DNA of 64,000 nt from Asterias rubens (Eukaryota): NCBI RefSeq assembly GCF_902459465.1, contig NC_047066.1, positions 6,076,001-6,140,000 on the forward strand. Reading direction: 5' to 3'. Of the stretch, positions 13,412 through 26,530 are shown piece after piece (positions within the stretch are counted from its first letter, which is position 1; every line of letters starts with the position of its first letter). Both the position numbers and the translations under genes were made by a program. The notes under the pieces were generated by a model, which worked only from the letters and a program-made list of their open reading frames with translations, made no database searches and was not told the DNA's origin.

Positions 13412-15523
13412 TCAACAATTGAGACCAGTGGCTTCACAACTGACTGTCCATAACTCCTTCGCGAGCTCGTCGTCTTGAGCGAATGGCGACGGTTCATACT
13501 CCGCGGAGTTATCAAAGTACTTTCCGGAGAGTTCAGCCACCGATTCATCCAGAGCACAATGGAGCGTAGTCTGCGCTCCAGCCGTCTCGTCGATAAATAC
13601 CATCCTGTATACATTGTACAAGTAAAAATATGTGTAGTGATAAGTTGAACAGTCCGCTAAATTCAACAAAGAAATACGATGTAGCAAGCAACTTTTTTTT
13701 TTGTATGTAAATAAATTTCAAGAAACTACTTTTAAAGTCTTAAAGGCAGTTGACACTATTGGTAATTACTCAAAATAATTATCATCATAAAACCTTTCTT
13801 GAGTACAAGTAATGGGGAGAGGTTGATAGTATAAAACATTGTGAGAAACAGCTCCCTCTGAAGTGACATAGTTTTCGAGAAAGAAGTAATTTTCCACGAA
13901 TTTGATTTCGAGACATCAAGTTTAGAATTTGAGGTCTCGAAATCAAGCATCAGAAAGCACACAACTTCGTGTGACAAGGCTGTTTTTTCTTTCATTATTA
14001 TCTCGCAACTTCGTCGACGAACGATTGAGCTCAAATTTTCACAGGTTTGTTATTTTATGCATTTGTTGAGATACACCAACTGTGAAGACTAATCTTTGAC
14101 AATTACCAACAGTGTCCACTGTCTTTAACAATAACACTTACCACATTAATGGAGAAAACACATAGTACAATGCACCCCGTAGAGACGATACGTTGCTCAT
14201 ATTTGTTTTCCAAATCGGTGTATAAATTGCCCCTGGGTGGTTTGAGGTGGAAATTAGCCCACTAGCCTTCTCTCGTTTCGCCAACTCTCGGGCAAAGAGG
14301 ACATTCGCGAGTTTGCTACTCGGGTACTTCTCAAGATGTGGATACAGGAAGTTCGCTACATTCGGGTCTTCTCGGGTCATGTTCGGCTCTGGGGCATATG
14401 CGTGAGCCAAAGATGATACAGTAACGACCCGTTTGAGGGCGCTTTTCTTCAGTAGGTCCAGGAGGAGATTTGTGAGGAGAAAGTGACCGAAGTGGTTGGT
14501 GCCGAAGACAAAATCAAAGTTGTCCTTGGTAACAGCGCCTGCTTTCATGGCAGCAACACCTGGAATAGAAAACCAAAAAAACAGGCGTTTAAAATCAAAG
14601 GGGGTATTATTTTAACAATTAAAATCATACAGGGGATATGTACCAAACTGTTTTGAGCATGCAACTCGTACACCCATCTATAATGATGCCTAGAACAACT
14701 TTGTGCCACACAAACTTTGTCGATAATGTTTAAAAGTTGTCGACACTGTTTAAAGTACCGTTGTGCTTACCTGCATTGTTAATTAGTATATCTAGTCTGT
14801 CTTCTGTTTCAATGATCTGTTGGGCGAACTCTCTGACCGACTGCAAGCTGGACAGATCAAGATGACGGACCACAACTTCCGAGTTACCCGTACTACTCTT
14901 GATATCTTTCGCTACGTCTTCGGCCTTCTGTAGATTGCGACAGGCGAGGATGACCCGAGCTCCTCGCTGGGCCAAGTCCAATGCCGTCACCCGACCGATA
15001 CCAGAGTTGGCTCCTTTTGAAAGAAGCGGGAAAAACGGCGAGGGAGAGAAATCAACAAAACATATAAAAGAGCCTATAAATAGGTTAATACCAAAGTATA
15101 TAATAGTCGATTAATTTCCCACAGTCTATCAATTGTAATACATGGTAAACAGTATAGCTAACTTTAAGCAACGCATTACCAGACTCGATACATAGTGTGT
15201 ATGGTATGGAGATTCTGTTCCCCGGACAAGTTTTCCGAATGAGTAGCTTTAGCTATACGGCATTACGATGACCAGAATGATGTTTACAAGATTTCTGGTC
15301 AATAATTAAAATGACAAAAATCAAGACAGCCGGTCAACTGAAAGAAGTAAGCACCACGTGCACTGATTACCATTGGCTTACCTGTTACGATCACTGTCTT
15401 CCCATTGAGCACCACATCGCTGACGAAATACCGTCTGCTAGCAATAAACTGCCAATAGTAAACCCCGTACAACGCTACCAAAATCGGCAGCACCCACTTG
15501 ATGATAGCGGACAGGCAAGCCAT
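13412..15523 (-). CDS. SDR gene C: RDH11-14-like, 4 exons, 331 aa
   Basis: Exons 15382-15523, 14771-15013, 14142-14559, 13412-13604. Motifs TGANSGIG, NNAG and YPSSK. Confidence 0.93.
13744..14124. mobile_element. MITE family 1, full length (381 bp), intron 3 of gene C
   Basis: TTAA duplicated at 13740-13743 and 14125-14128; empty site with a single TTAA in gene D at 19075-19078. Confidence 0.92.
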
Positions 15524-15772
15524 CGCAAATACCAGTTATTCTGGAGGCTGTTTGCTTCTTATGTTAATTGAGGATAGTTCACCAAGAAATCCGCCGTGCA
15601 GCTTTTGGCACTGGAATACGTAGTGTATCCTAGTGGTATATTCGTGCACAGTCTATAATAATGTGATGGTCATTATCAGTTCTGGTCATTATTATGCAAC
15701 CCAAACTATGTTTACATTACCCAAACAATATTGAGTTTGCCGAGTTATATAATAGCGGCGCGGACTCGTTAA

Positions 15773-16131
15773 GACATGGACACTATTGGTAATTGTCAAA
15801 GACCAGTCTTCTCACTTGATGTATCTCAACATATGCACAAAATAACAAACCTGTAAAAATATGAGCTCAATTGGTCGTCGAAGTTGCGAGATATTAATGA
15901 AAGAAAAAACACCCTTGTCACACGACGTTGTGTGCTTTCATGCTTGATTTCGAGGTCTGAGGTCTCGAAATCAAATTCGTGGAAAATAATTTCTTTCTCG
16001 AAAACTACGTTACTTCAGATGGAGAAATTTCTCACGATGTTGTATACTATCAACCTTTCCCCATTACTCGTTACCAAGTAAGATTTTATGCTGACGATTA
16101 TTTTGAGTATTACCAATAGTGTCCGCTGCCT
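15773..16131. mobile_element. MITE family 1, C-D spacer
   Basis: TTAA on both sides and TIR remnants; the homologous uninterrupted site is at about 12280-12330. Confidence 0.8.
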
Positions 16132-16525
16132 TTAACCAGTTGTTACAACTCCCAATAATAGCAAGGTCGATGGTATTAAGCAAAGATTTAAATCTATAAT
16201 CTTTGATTGCCAAAGAGGCTGCGAACAGTAGCCATATGACCCCTTTAAATTAACTTGCATACTAAGGTCGTGGGTTCGAATCACACCGGAGTAATATGCT
16301 TGTGATTTTTGTTCGCTGCAGAGCTCGAGAAAGGACAGGCCTATACAGGATGTCCTAAAATGTATGATCCTGTGGGATACGGTGTATAATAATAAATAGC
16401 TTATAGACTCACATTTCATATGACACCAAAAAGTCCGACAAATCATGCTTTTTGTAAAGGGTATGAAAATTAGGTTGCATAGAAATTAGTCGTCCCAATT
16501 TTAAGAGGTAAGTCCTCTTACTTAA

Positions 16526-17022
16526 AGGGATGCTGCAGTGAATTGAAATAAACGATTAATTTTGCTGTCATTTATTTATTTCTGATATATGTATTGAACA
16601 TCAATACAATGTGTTTTGTTTATTCCCGACATCTCTGACTTGCGCAATTAGCGAATAAGTCATGCCCCCCCCCCCTTTTGTGGATTGTTACCGCCCCCTA
16701 CCATCAACGTCACGTCGGGAATTCAAACATATCGTCGGCAAAAAGAGTCTGGTCCCTAACTACACGCGCCTAGGTACCAGGCCATACAGTGCACACGTCT
16801 CTATATGCACACAGCCAGGGGGCCCGACGGCTCGGGTTACCGACATGACGTCACGTTTATGCAAATGAAGGCTCCCTTTTAGGGGCGGGGTGGGTTCCCC
16901 TAATCTCTTGAAAACCATTTTTAAAATACTTGCGCATTTAATAAAAAATAGAAAAAAATATTTCAGAGTTAAAAAGTCATGTTTAATCGTTTAAATGAAT
17001 AAAAAAAACACTGCAGCACCCT
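16526..17022. mobile_element. TTAA-flanked MITE (TIR AGGGATGCTGCAGTG)
   Basis: TTAA-agggatgctgcagtg ... cactgcagcaccct-TTCA; absent from the homologous B-C spacer (about 12660-12690). Confidence 0.7.
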
Positions 17023-17837
17023 TTCAGCGTTCCACTGTTGGTGTTTTTACAAAACCATGTCATGGTTCATAGCTCCATGGTCATACTATGTTGACAACTT
17101 GACATTCTTTGCAAAAACACCAAAACAAAAAACAAGACGGCTGCGATGCTTCCACCACTCAATAAGCCTATGTTGTGAAATGCTTCATGCATAAAAAAAA
17201 AAACCACAGACAACAAAGACAAACAAAGACGATGACTTTGCAAACCGGCTTTTACTGAATAATACAAATCGCATACATTACAAGCAATAAATCAATGTCT
17301 ACACACAATGGACTCCGCTGTGAGTGCAGATTGTCTTGTCAAAGTTCACAAAGGTGCATAAACTATCTTGTACTGATCGACAGGTAACCCGTAACTACAT
17401 TAACCATTATTACATAATAACTATGATTATCCATTCCAGTTTATCTAGTTTTGTAATTTCTTAAGTAATTATGTTCCTGTTAATTTTCCTTTTAGTTATC
17501 AACTCTCAATATGTATTTAAGGGTGCATAGCAAACAAATTGTGTAAAACAGTTTAATTACCAATAAACATTGTTTTGTGTTATTTTTTGCTGTATGCATT
17601 ATACCTTTCACTGTACTTTTATTTCATCAGTCAACATTGTTATTGTTATAAACTAAAACCAATTAATTTATATTATAAAGGGTCGTCCAGGCTCTATACA
17701 AGCCTAGGCTTTTCCTTTGGTGCCCTTCTCTGATCACCCTTTGTTCTTTTGTCTTGTATGTTTTATGATTATTTATTGTGATATTTGGAAATAAAAAACA
17801 AACAAACAAACAAACATATGATATGTGTAGTTGTTTA

Positions 17838-18203
17838 GAGGACACTATTGGTAATTATCAAAGACTAGTCCTCTCGGTGTATCTCAACATAATAATATGC
17901 ATAACATAACAAACTTGTGTAAATTGGAGCTCAATTGGTCGTCGAAGTTGCGATATAATAATGAAAGGAAAAAAAACACCCTTGTCACAAGCTTTCAGAT
18001 GCTTAATTTCGTGACCGCAAAATCTAATTCCGAGGTCTCGAAATCAAATTCACGGAAAATTCCTATTTTTCGAAAACTTCTTCACTTCAGAAGGAGCCGT
18101 TTCTCACAATGTTTTATATTATCAACCTCTCCCCAATACTCGTTACCAAGTAAGGTTTTATGGTAATAATTATTTTGAGTAACTACCAATAGTGTCCACT
18201 ACT
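17838..18203. mobile_element. MITE family 1, eroded ends
   Basis: ggacactattggtaatt ... taccaatagtgtccact with family interior. Confidence 0.78.
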
Positions 18204-18378
18204 TTAGGATCAATGAAAGGCCTTATATGAAGCCATCTCATTTAAACCACAACCACTGATAAGATAAAACGAATTCCTCCACTGTTTCCTCTCTATCGAT
18301 AGGGTTTCACGTGGCCATGTGAAATATACAAAATACGTAGTAAGATGGATGCATTTTTATAAAACTTAATACTTTTAA

Positions 18379-18724
18379 AGGAACACGTTGCCTTAGATCG
18401 GTCGACTTGGTCTTTGAAAGAGTTTGTAACCGTTTGTTATAAAATGCATTTGTGGGTAGAAAGATGTTGTTTTGGCCGTGTGAAGATCCACACAAGGATG
18501 CCTCGAAATAATGCGCGGTTTTCCTTTTACCTCGTCGTCGGTCGGCCAAATGGCCGACCGTGTTAGTTCGCACAGTTAAAGGAAAACCACGCAATTTCGA
18601 GGCAAACTTGTGCGGATCATTGTATTCTACTTTTAAAACATCTTTCTAACCATATGCATTTTATAACAAACGGTTACAAACGCTTTTTATAGACCAACTC
18701 GTCGATCCAAGGCAACGTGTTCCT
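18379..18724. mobile_element. MITE family 2 (TIR AGGAACACGTTGCCTTGGATCG, TTAA target), 13 nt past the stop of gene D
   Basis: TTAA at 18375-18378 and 18725-18728; about 34-bp TIRs; related copies at 39775 and 62489. Confidence 0.88.
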
Positions 18725-18741
18725 TTAAAGACAAATGAGTA

Positions 18742-20902
18742 TCAACATTTGAGACCAGTGGCTTCACAACTGACTGTCCATAACTCTTTGGCGATCTCGT
18801 CATCTTGAGCAAATGGCGACGGTTCATACTCCGCGCAGTTATCAAAGTACTTCCCGGAGAGTTCAGCCACCGATTCATCCAGAGCGCAATGGAGCGTAGT
18901 CTGCGCTCCAGCTGTCTCGTCGATAAATACCATCCTGTATACATTGTAAAAGTAAAAAATGTGTAGTGATAAGTTTATGGTTCAAGAAAGAATTGAAGAA
19001 TCCGTTAAATTCTACAAAGAAATACGATGTAGCCAGCAACTTTCTGTTTCATGTAAGAAACTACCTTTAAATTCTTAACAATAACACTTACCACATTAAT
19101 GGAGAAAACACATAGTACAATGCACCCTGTATAGGCGATAAGTTGCCCATGGTAGTTTTCCAAATCGGTGTATAAATTGCCCCTGGGTGGTTGGAGGTGG
19201 AAATCAGCCCACTAGCCTTCTCTCGTCTCGCCAACTCTCGGGCGAAGAGGACATTTGCGAGTTTGCTAATATCGTAGTCCTTAAGGTGTGGATACAGGAA
19301 GCTCGCTACATTCGGGTCTTCTCGGGTCATGTTCGGCTCTGGGGCAAAGCCTTGAGCCATGGAAGATACAGTAACGACCCGCTTGAGGGCGCTTTTCTTC
19401 AGCAAGTCCAGGAGGAGATTTGTGAGAAGAAAGTGACCGAAGTGGTTGGTGCCGAAGACAAAATCAAAATTTTCCTTGGTAACAGCGCCTGCTTTCATGG
19501 CAGCAACACCTGGAACCAGAAAACAAAAAAGCAGATGCATATTATTTAAAAGGGTATTAATTTAACAATACAAAAGAAGGGGATTATGAGCAACTGGAGA
19601 TGTACACCCACTAGTGTGGTCTAGAACAATTTTAAATTAAACAAACTTTGTCGACAGTAATATTTAGAAGTTGCCGACATTGTTTCAAGTACCACTGTGC
19701 CTACCTGCATTATTAATTAGTATATCTAGTCTGTCTTCTGTTTCAATGATCTGTTGGGCGAACTCTCGGACCGACTGCAAGCTGGACAGATCGAGATGAC
19801 GGACCACAACCTCCGAGTTACCCGTACTACTCTTGATGTCCTTCGCTACGTCTTCGGCCTTCTGTAGATTGCGGCAGGCGAGGATGACCCGAGCTCCTCG
19901 CCGAGCCAAGTCCAAAGCTGTCGTCTTACCGATGCCAGAGTTACCTCCTTTTGAAAGAAGCGGGGAAACAGGGAGAGAGAAACAAACAAACAATCAAAAC
20001 ATATTAAAGTAAAATTTTCAAGTCGATCATATTGATCAATTTTGGCTTAAGTCGATCAATAATTAACAAAACATTTAAACAATGTAACTTACCAACGCAA
20101 TGGCACCTCACTCGATACATATGGATGGTATGGAGATTCTGTTCCCCAGACAAGTTTTACGAATGAGTGGCTTGAGCTATGGCTTGACTGCACATGAACG
20201 AGCGTTGAAGTGCTGCACGCTCAGTGGAAGCCGCAGCCACAGCCGGAGCCGCCACGGCCTCATAGCCAAGTCTTCCCAATGGTCTTCCAAAACACAATTT
20301 ACACGTCTGCCCGCTATCTCCATGCTCAGACCAGTCTACCAGTCCTGATCAGTCATATAGTCCAAGTGTCCAGCTTAGTGGATATTTTAAAGATCTTGAA
20401 CAACGTTGGTCCTTTGAAAACATGTTCATTGTGAATTAATATAAAAACAGCATGTGCTAGAGTTGCTCAACTTTGGGTATTTACCGGTCAATGGCGAAAC
20501 ATCGACTTGGTATGTTGGTCCGGAGAGACTGGGCAAGTCAATGAATGTTTTTCATGTTCCGGAAAGTAATTCGGGCTACGATATCGGCGACTACAAACAG
20601 AATCGTGTGGGGCATCGGAAGTAAAGGGTTGGCCATATATACCGCCAACTTGTTCATTGCATGCCCCGATTACATTCTAACACGTAACTCACAGCCCGTG
20701 TTCACTGCGTGTGCCACACGGAGCACTGTGCTATTGCGCTGATTACGTAGGGAGGCCTACCTGTTACGATCACCGTTTTCCCGTCGAGTACCACATCACT
20801 GGTGAAATACCGTCTGCTAGCAATTATCTGCCAATAATAAACCCCGTACAACGCTACCAAAATCGGCAGCACCCACTTGATGGTTGCGGACAGGCAAGCC
20901 AT
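18742..20902 (-). CDS. SDR gene D: RDH11-14-like, 4 exons, 331 aa
   Basis: Exons 20761-20902, 19705-19947, 19092-19509, 18742-18934. Motifs TGGNSGIG, NNAG and YDISK. Confidence 0.93.
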
Positions 20903-22974
20903 CGTAAACACCAGCTATTCGAGAGGCTTTTACTTTTTTTATATAATGTTGAGTTACCAGAAATCCGGCGTGCAGCTTTTAGCACTCGAATAGCAACATG
21001 CAGTGTTCCATAGTGGTATACTCGTGCACAGTCTATATAACGTATTATTACGCAACCTAATGTTTGCATCTCGCGAACAGTCGAGTTTGCCGAGTTATAA
21101 ATAGCGGTGCGGATTCGTTTGCCTGTACAGTCGATAGTTATCAAGGTCGCTGTGACCATTGAGGAACACCATGGCCGGGCAGCTAATATTATTCTCCCCC
21201 AAACGACATTGCAATGATTTGGTAAAAGAGCAGGCCAATTTCATTATGATGTAATTTTGACGGAATGAGTCGGTGTCGCATGCAATTATGTCCTCTATGC
21301 AATACTATCCGGAGGACATAATGGCATATGCAATAATGTTCGCCGGACAGTTTTGCATTATGCAGTTGTGTCCGCCCCGTGCAAAACCGTCATTGAGGTA
21401 AATTAAACGCCCTTGGTCGACAGAACACATTCGCGATTCTCTTTTTACAAGCTTAGTGCATATCATGAATGACATGGGAAATGTTCGGTCGTTGGGTATT
21501 CGCTGCAATCATAAAATACATGAATATTCATGCTGCATCTGACACCGGTTTTGACGGAAAGGGGAAACACGTGTTGCAATGTCGTCTGGGAAAAAAACAA
21601 TTCGCGGCCGGGCCGGCCGGGCACCTCCATGGGAAGAAATCTATAGGAGTTCGAACGACCTATGTGGTCATAGATGCCTTGCTCTTTGCTGGGACTTAGA
21701 ACTATCATCTCCAGGCGTAGACTGCTCGCTGATGACCTCTTTATAAAAGGAACGTTGTTAGAGAGGACAGTAAAACAACGGAACATAAAGTGGAAATGCG
21801 ATTTGGGACTTAAGAATGTTTTATTATAAAGTATAACTTTCCTCTAAATGGTAATGCTACAGGTTCGCTACACATTTCAAGGACGTTTAAATTAAAACAT
21901 CGTTGGGTCATTTATATTTTATAAGCCAATGAGGGTTGCTTTCCTCTCAATTTTGAGAAAAAAACTTTGAGATAGTCCGCTTGGTATGTGTTGTTTCTTG
22001 CACGTTCAAACCATAGATGTTTTTATTCCACCGTGGATTGTAGGGAATATCATAAATGTGCTCGTCGAAATCATTGATGGAAAGTAAACCGTTGATTCGG
22101 TGTTGTTCTCACTGTGTTTCAGCCTAAAGCTCGTGGTTGGCTCGTTTAATTTTTATATGTTGAAACCTTATAATGGATTGGAAAATAATTGGTCTAGTTG
22201 GCAAATTATAGTGTTCAAAAAAACTTGTCAAGCCGTTGCTTTTATGTAAATTTTTCATCAGTTTGTTCAGTGTGCGTTTTGTTCATGCGAAACCTTTAGT
22301 TGAATTTGAATATTATTGTCTTACTGTAGATTGTCACTGATGTTTCTATAAGTCTCAGTAGACTACTTGACATTCCTTGCAGAAACAAGATGGCTGCGAT
22401 AATACAACCACATTTAGGCCAATGGTTATATAGTAAATGCTCCATACACAAAACAAACAGCAAACACGATGACATTGCAAACTGACTTTTACTGAATACA
22501 ATTCGCATGTAATAATTTACATGCAAAAACAATCAATGTCTTCACACAATGATCTCCGTAGATCTGTACAATATGAACTATTCTTGTACTGGTCGACATG
22601 ATATTTGTAGTTGTTAAAGCCGTTAAACTATGACTTTGGGACCGCAGATAATGCATTAAACCATCACATTTCAACCCCAACCACTGATAGCAATAATACA
22701 AACTCCCTCCACTGTTTCCACGAGGAGAATAGTCTCGAATCGGGACGCTGGTTTTTGTATAGTCGCCGGTAGAGGGCGCAACATGAGCTGGCTCGAGGGA
22801 CTTGGCAAGACTACGAATCTGGATCAAAACAAAATGTCGACGTATACACAAGCGTGTTTTTTAATTTGTTCATAAGTACCCAAGACAATTTATCCAATCT
22901 GATTGGTCGAGAGGGGTTCACGTGGCCATATACAAAATACGTAGTGGTGGATGCCAACTTATTACAAAACTTAA

Positions 22975-23779
22975 GAGTCAGTTCAGGTAAATAATTGACA
23001 TACTTGCTCACGGTAAAAAAATGATTTTTTTAAATACTTTGTGGGTGGAAGGGCCTTTGGATGCAAGTAAACAAAATTGCATTTTCAATTCCATTACGGC
23101 TCATTTTGCTTTTTGGCCATTTTAGGCCGATTTTGGGGTCTGAAAAACTGGTTTTTAGCTCATATTTACAACTCCACCCCACCAAAATGCAAATTTTTTT
23201 CAAAAAACCTTGTATATCACTACAAAGTATCATCCTTGGCCTTCCTTGAGAAAAAAAATTATTGCTTTGAATATCACCCTTGTGCCATTTTTGCATCGTT
23301 TATTACAGTATGTTTTTAGAACTTGCAAAATCGCCATTTTAACCCTATTTTTGGACCCCAAAATGTCAACTTGCCAGGGGTTTCAGAAAATTTTCCTTTC
23401 GGCTGTGGTTAGGGCCAACATTGGTATTCTCATATCTGGTGAGACAAACTTGGGCAATTGTATCCTGCAATTGTAAACTAGACTTTTTTCCCCGTAACGT
23501 GAAAAAATGCCTTTTTAAGGGTTATTTCACATAATATTGACATATGTGTCCATATTTAAAAAGAAATGAATATTTTTTTAATCCTTTGTGGATGGTAGGG
23601 ACTTGGGTCCAAATAAAACAAAAAACGAAATGAGCCGTAACCATGGCAACGGGCTATATATGGAATTGAAAATGCAATTTTGTTTACTTGCACCCCAAGG
23701 CCCTTCCACCTACAAAGTATCAACAAAATTCATTTTTTGACCGTGAGCAAGTATGTCAATTATTTACCTGAACTGACTC
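22975..23779. mobile_element. 805-bp TTAA-flanked element with ~120-bp TIRs (GAGTCAGTTCAGG...), 19 nt past the stop of gene E
   Basis: TTAA at 22971-22974 and 23780-23783; the first 39 nt of the two ends are a perfect inverted repeat; no coding capacity seen. Confidence 0.88.
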
Positions 23780-23802
23780 TTAAGTATTAAGACAAACGAA
23801 TA

Positions 23803-26530
23803 TCAATATTTGAGACCAGTAGCTTCACAACTGACTGTCCATAACTCCTTAGCGAGCTCGTCGTCTTGAGCGAATGGCGACGGTTCATACTCCGCGCAGT
23901 TATCAAAGTACTTCCCAGAGAGTTTGGCCACCGATTCATCCAGAGCGCAATGGAGCGTAGTCTGCGCTCCAGCCGTCTCGTCGATGAGCAGAGCCCTGTG
24001 GGAAAAGTTGTTCAAGTTATTCAAGTCTTATCAATATGGTTTTTCTATCACTATACATGCACCTTTATGGTTTGTAAGATCATCACTAATAAAACAATGG
24101 CTAAAAACATAAAAAATTCGATTGATTGATCAAACACAATCCACACTAACACATCTAATCGTTAAAAAAAAGTATTATTTACCGCATGAACGGAAACAGG
24201 GCATAGTACACCATTCTTGATATTGACCCACTTGAAAAGCTGCTTTTCCATAGCGGTGATAAAATAACCCCGGGGTGAAGGGAGACAGAAACAAACCCGC
24301 TAGATGCCTCTCGCCTTGCCAACTCCCGGGCGAAGAGTGTGTTCGCAAGCTTACTTATCGCGTATTCCCGCAAGTGCGGATACAGGAAATTTCCAACGGC
24401 CGAGTCTTCCCGAGTCATATTCGGCTTTGGCGATACTGTGTGGAAACAGGACGACACCACGATGACTCGTTTGAGGGCGCTCTTTTTAAGTAGATCAAGG
24501 AGAAGGTTTGTGAGGAGGAAGTGACCGAAGTGGTTGGTGCCGAAGACGTAGTCAAAGTTATCCCGTGTGACGGTCCCGGGAGGGACATAGGCAACACCTA
24601 GATGTACGAATCACAAATGTTACCTTATGAATTAAAGGCTCTTTACGCTATTGTTTATAACCCCAAATTAACAATTAATATTAATATTTTAAACTTTGTA
24701 ATTAGTAAAACTGCAGTTTTTTGTGCACAAGCCTATGTAGAATGTGTTTTCTAAAAACGTAATTGGGTATGAGTCCATGAGTCAACTACCTAAAGGGTCA
24801 GACCATGTTGATCGGGCCGGCTGAAGACAGAACGTAAAGGGTTTCACTTGTTTTTGCAAAAAAAAAATCGAGTTACTAACGAATATGTTTTCGGTCTAAT
24901 GGCTGCAGACAACAAAAGGGGACTTTTGGGACACTTGGTGGCAGCAGACTTACCATATAAAACCCATTGTTCTTGGTAATGTGTGCATGCTTAGAACTAC
25001 GTTAACAGTGGACATATACCTGCATTATTTATTAGTATATCTAGCCTGTCTTCAGTTTCAATGATCTGTTGGGCGAACTCTCTGACCGACTGCAAGCTGG
25101 ACAGATCGAGATGACGGACCACAACATCCGAGTTACCCGTACTACTCTTGATGTCCTTCGCTACGTCTTCGGCCTTCTGTAGATTGAGACAGGCGAGGAT
25201 GACCCGAGCTCCTCGCTGGGCCAAATCCAATGCCGTCACCCGACCGATACCGGAGTCGGACCCTTCAAGATTTCAAAACAAAACCAAGCAACCATGTCTT
25301 TACCTCATTTCAAAAGGGTTGGGGTACATTTTGTAGGACACAACACAAAATATCCACTGATTTACCCTAACCTAAAACAGTTTGAAGACAATGATGTTAG
25401 AAAGCTTCCCTTAAATATTTCTTGCTGATGTGCCGTAGCTTTTGAGAAACGAGTCTCAGGAGACGAAATTTATTGTTAGAATGTACAACGTACATTATTT
25501 TTATAGTACCGAAGTTTACGCAACTCTCGTGAAAACATCACTCTGTGATTTTCACTTTTGTTTTCTTTCTAAAACACTTGACGACTAATGAAGCTAAAAC
25601 TTCTACATATTACACACATCTTCATTCACAATGAGTAAGGATTCATGTTTATGGCCAACGAAAAGTGTATAAAAAAAAACCTTGTAGTTCGGAACATTAA
25701 AATTCCGTTAAAAAAAAATAGTTTCGTGCTTTTGAACTAGAACCAGAACACTCCAATGGAGCTGCTCAAACAAAAACAACAAAATTAACAATAATACATT
25801 CTCTGCTAAGCAATAATAAACAGGGTATGGGTCTACCCTCAGTCACAGATGAGACAAGGTTTTGGGTTGGTCCAGTAAGCACTATTGCTTTACCTGCTTA
25901 CTAGTTTGTGTGCCAAGGCAGATCTGTGAATTTGGGCACTGGACCAAATTTCATAAAATATGTAAGCAGCCGTTTTGTGCTCTTGGAGCATAAAGCATAA
26001 TGTCTATATTTCATAAAGCTGTTTATACCGTAAGAAAGGGTAAAATCTTTGCTAACCCGCGATTGGCACATCAGTGACGTATCAAAGCAAGGTGAAGATG
26101 CAATTTTCTGTTAGCCTGAGATTTCCACGGTGAAATACGCTTTAAAATAAGCACATAATTGCTACTGGGCACAGTAAGCACAAAACTGTGCTATGCGGTA
26201 AATAGCTTTATGAAATTGGGCCCCGATGAATAAAACAACACCAGCACGCCTTGCTCTTTCCTTCTGTTTAAACCATTAACAATTATCAACAACTGTAAGT
26301 TTAATCCATTAAGAAAATTAGCAACTCATAAAAATGTAACCGTATATATTTCACGGCTGTCTTCAAAACGTACCTGTGATTAATACTGTCTTCCCTTTAA
26401 GAACCGGATCGCTTGTGCAATACCTACGATTGGCGAGGTGTCTCTTGTACCAATGTCCATACAGTACGCCAACCACAATGCATGCGATGGCAACTATGCC
26501 TTTCAATATCATACCAGCTAGAAAATCCAT
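23803..26530 (-). CDS. SDR gene E: divergent RDH11-14-like paralog, 4 exons, 335 aa
   Basis: Exon 1 26374-26530 (MDFLAGMILKGIVAIACIVVGVLYGHWYKRHLANRRYCTSDPVLKGKTVLITG) is missing from the ORF track and was read by hand. Other exons 25020-25262, 24183-24597, 23803-23995. Motifs TGSDSGIG, ILACLN, NNAG and YAISK. Confidence 0.9.
25940..26223. mobile_element. MITE family 3 (TIR GGCCCAATTTCAT)
   Basis: ggaccaaatttcataaa ... tttatgaaattgggccc. Confidence 0.65.
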
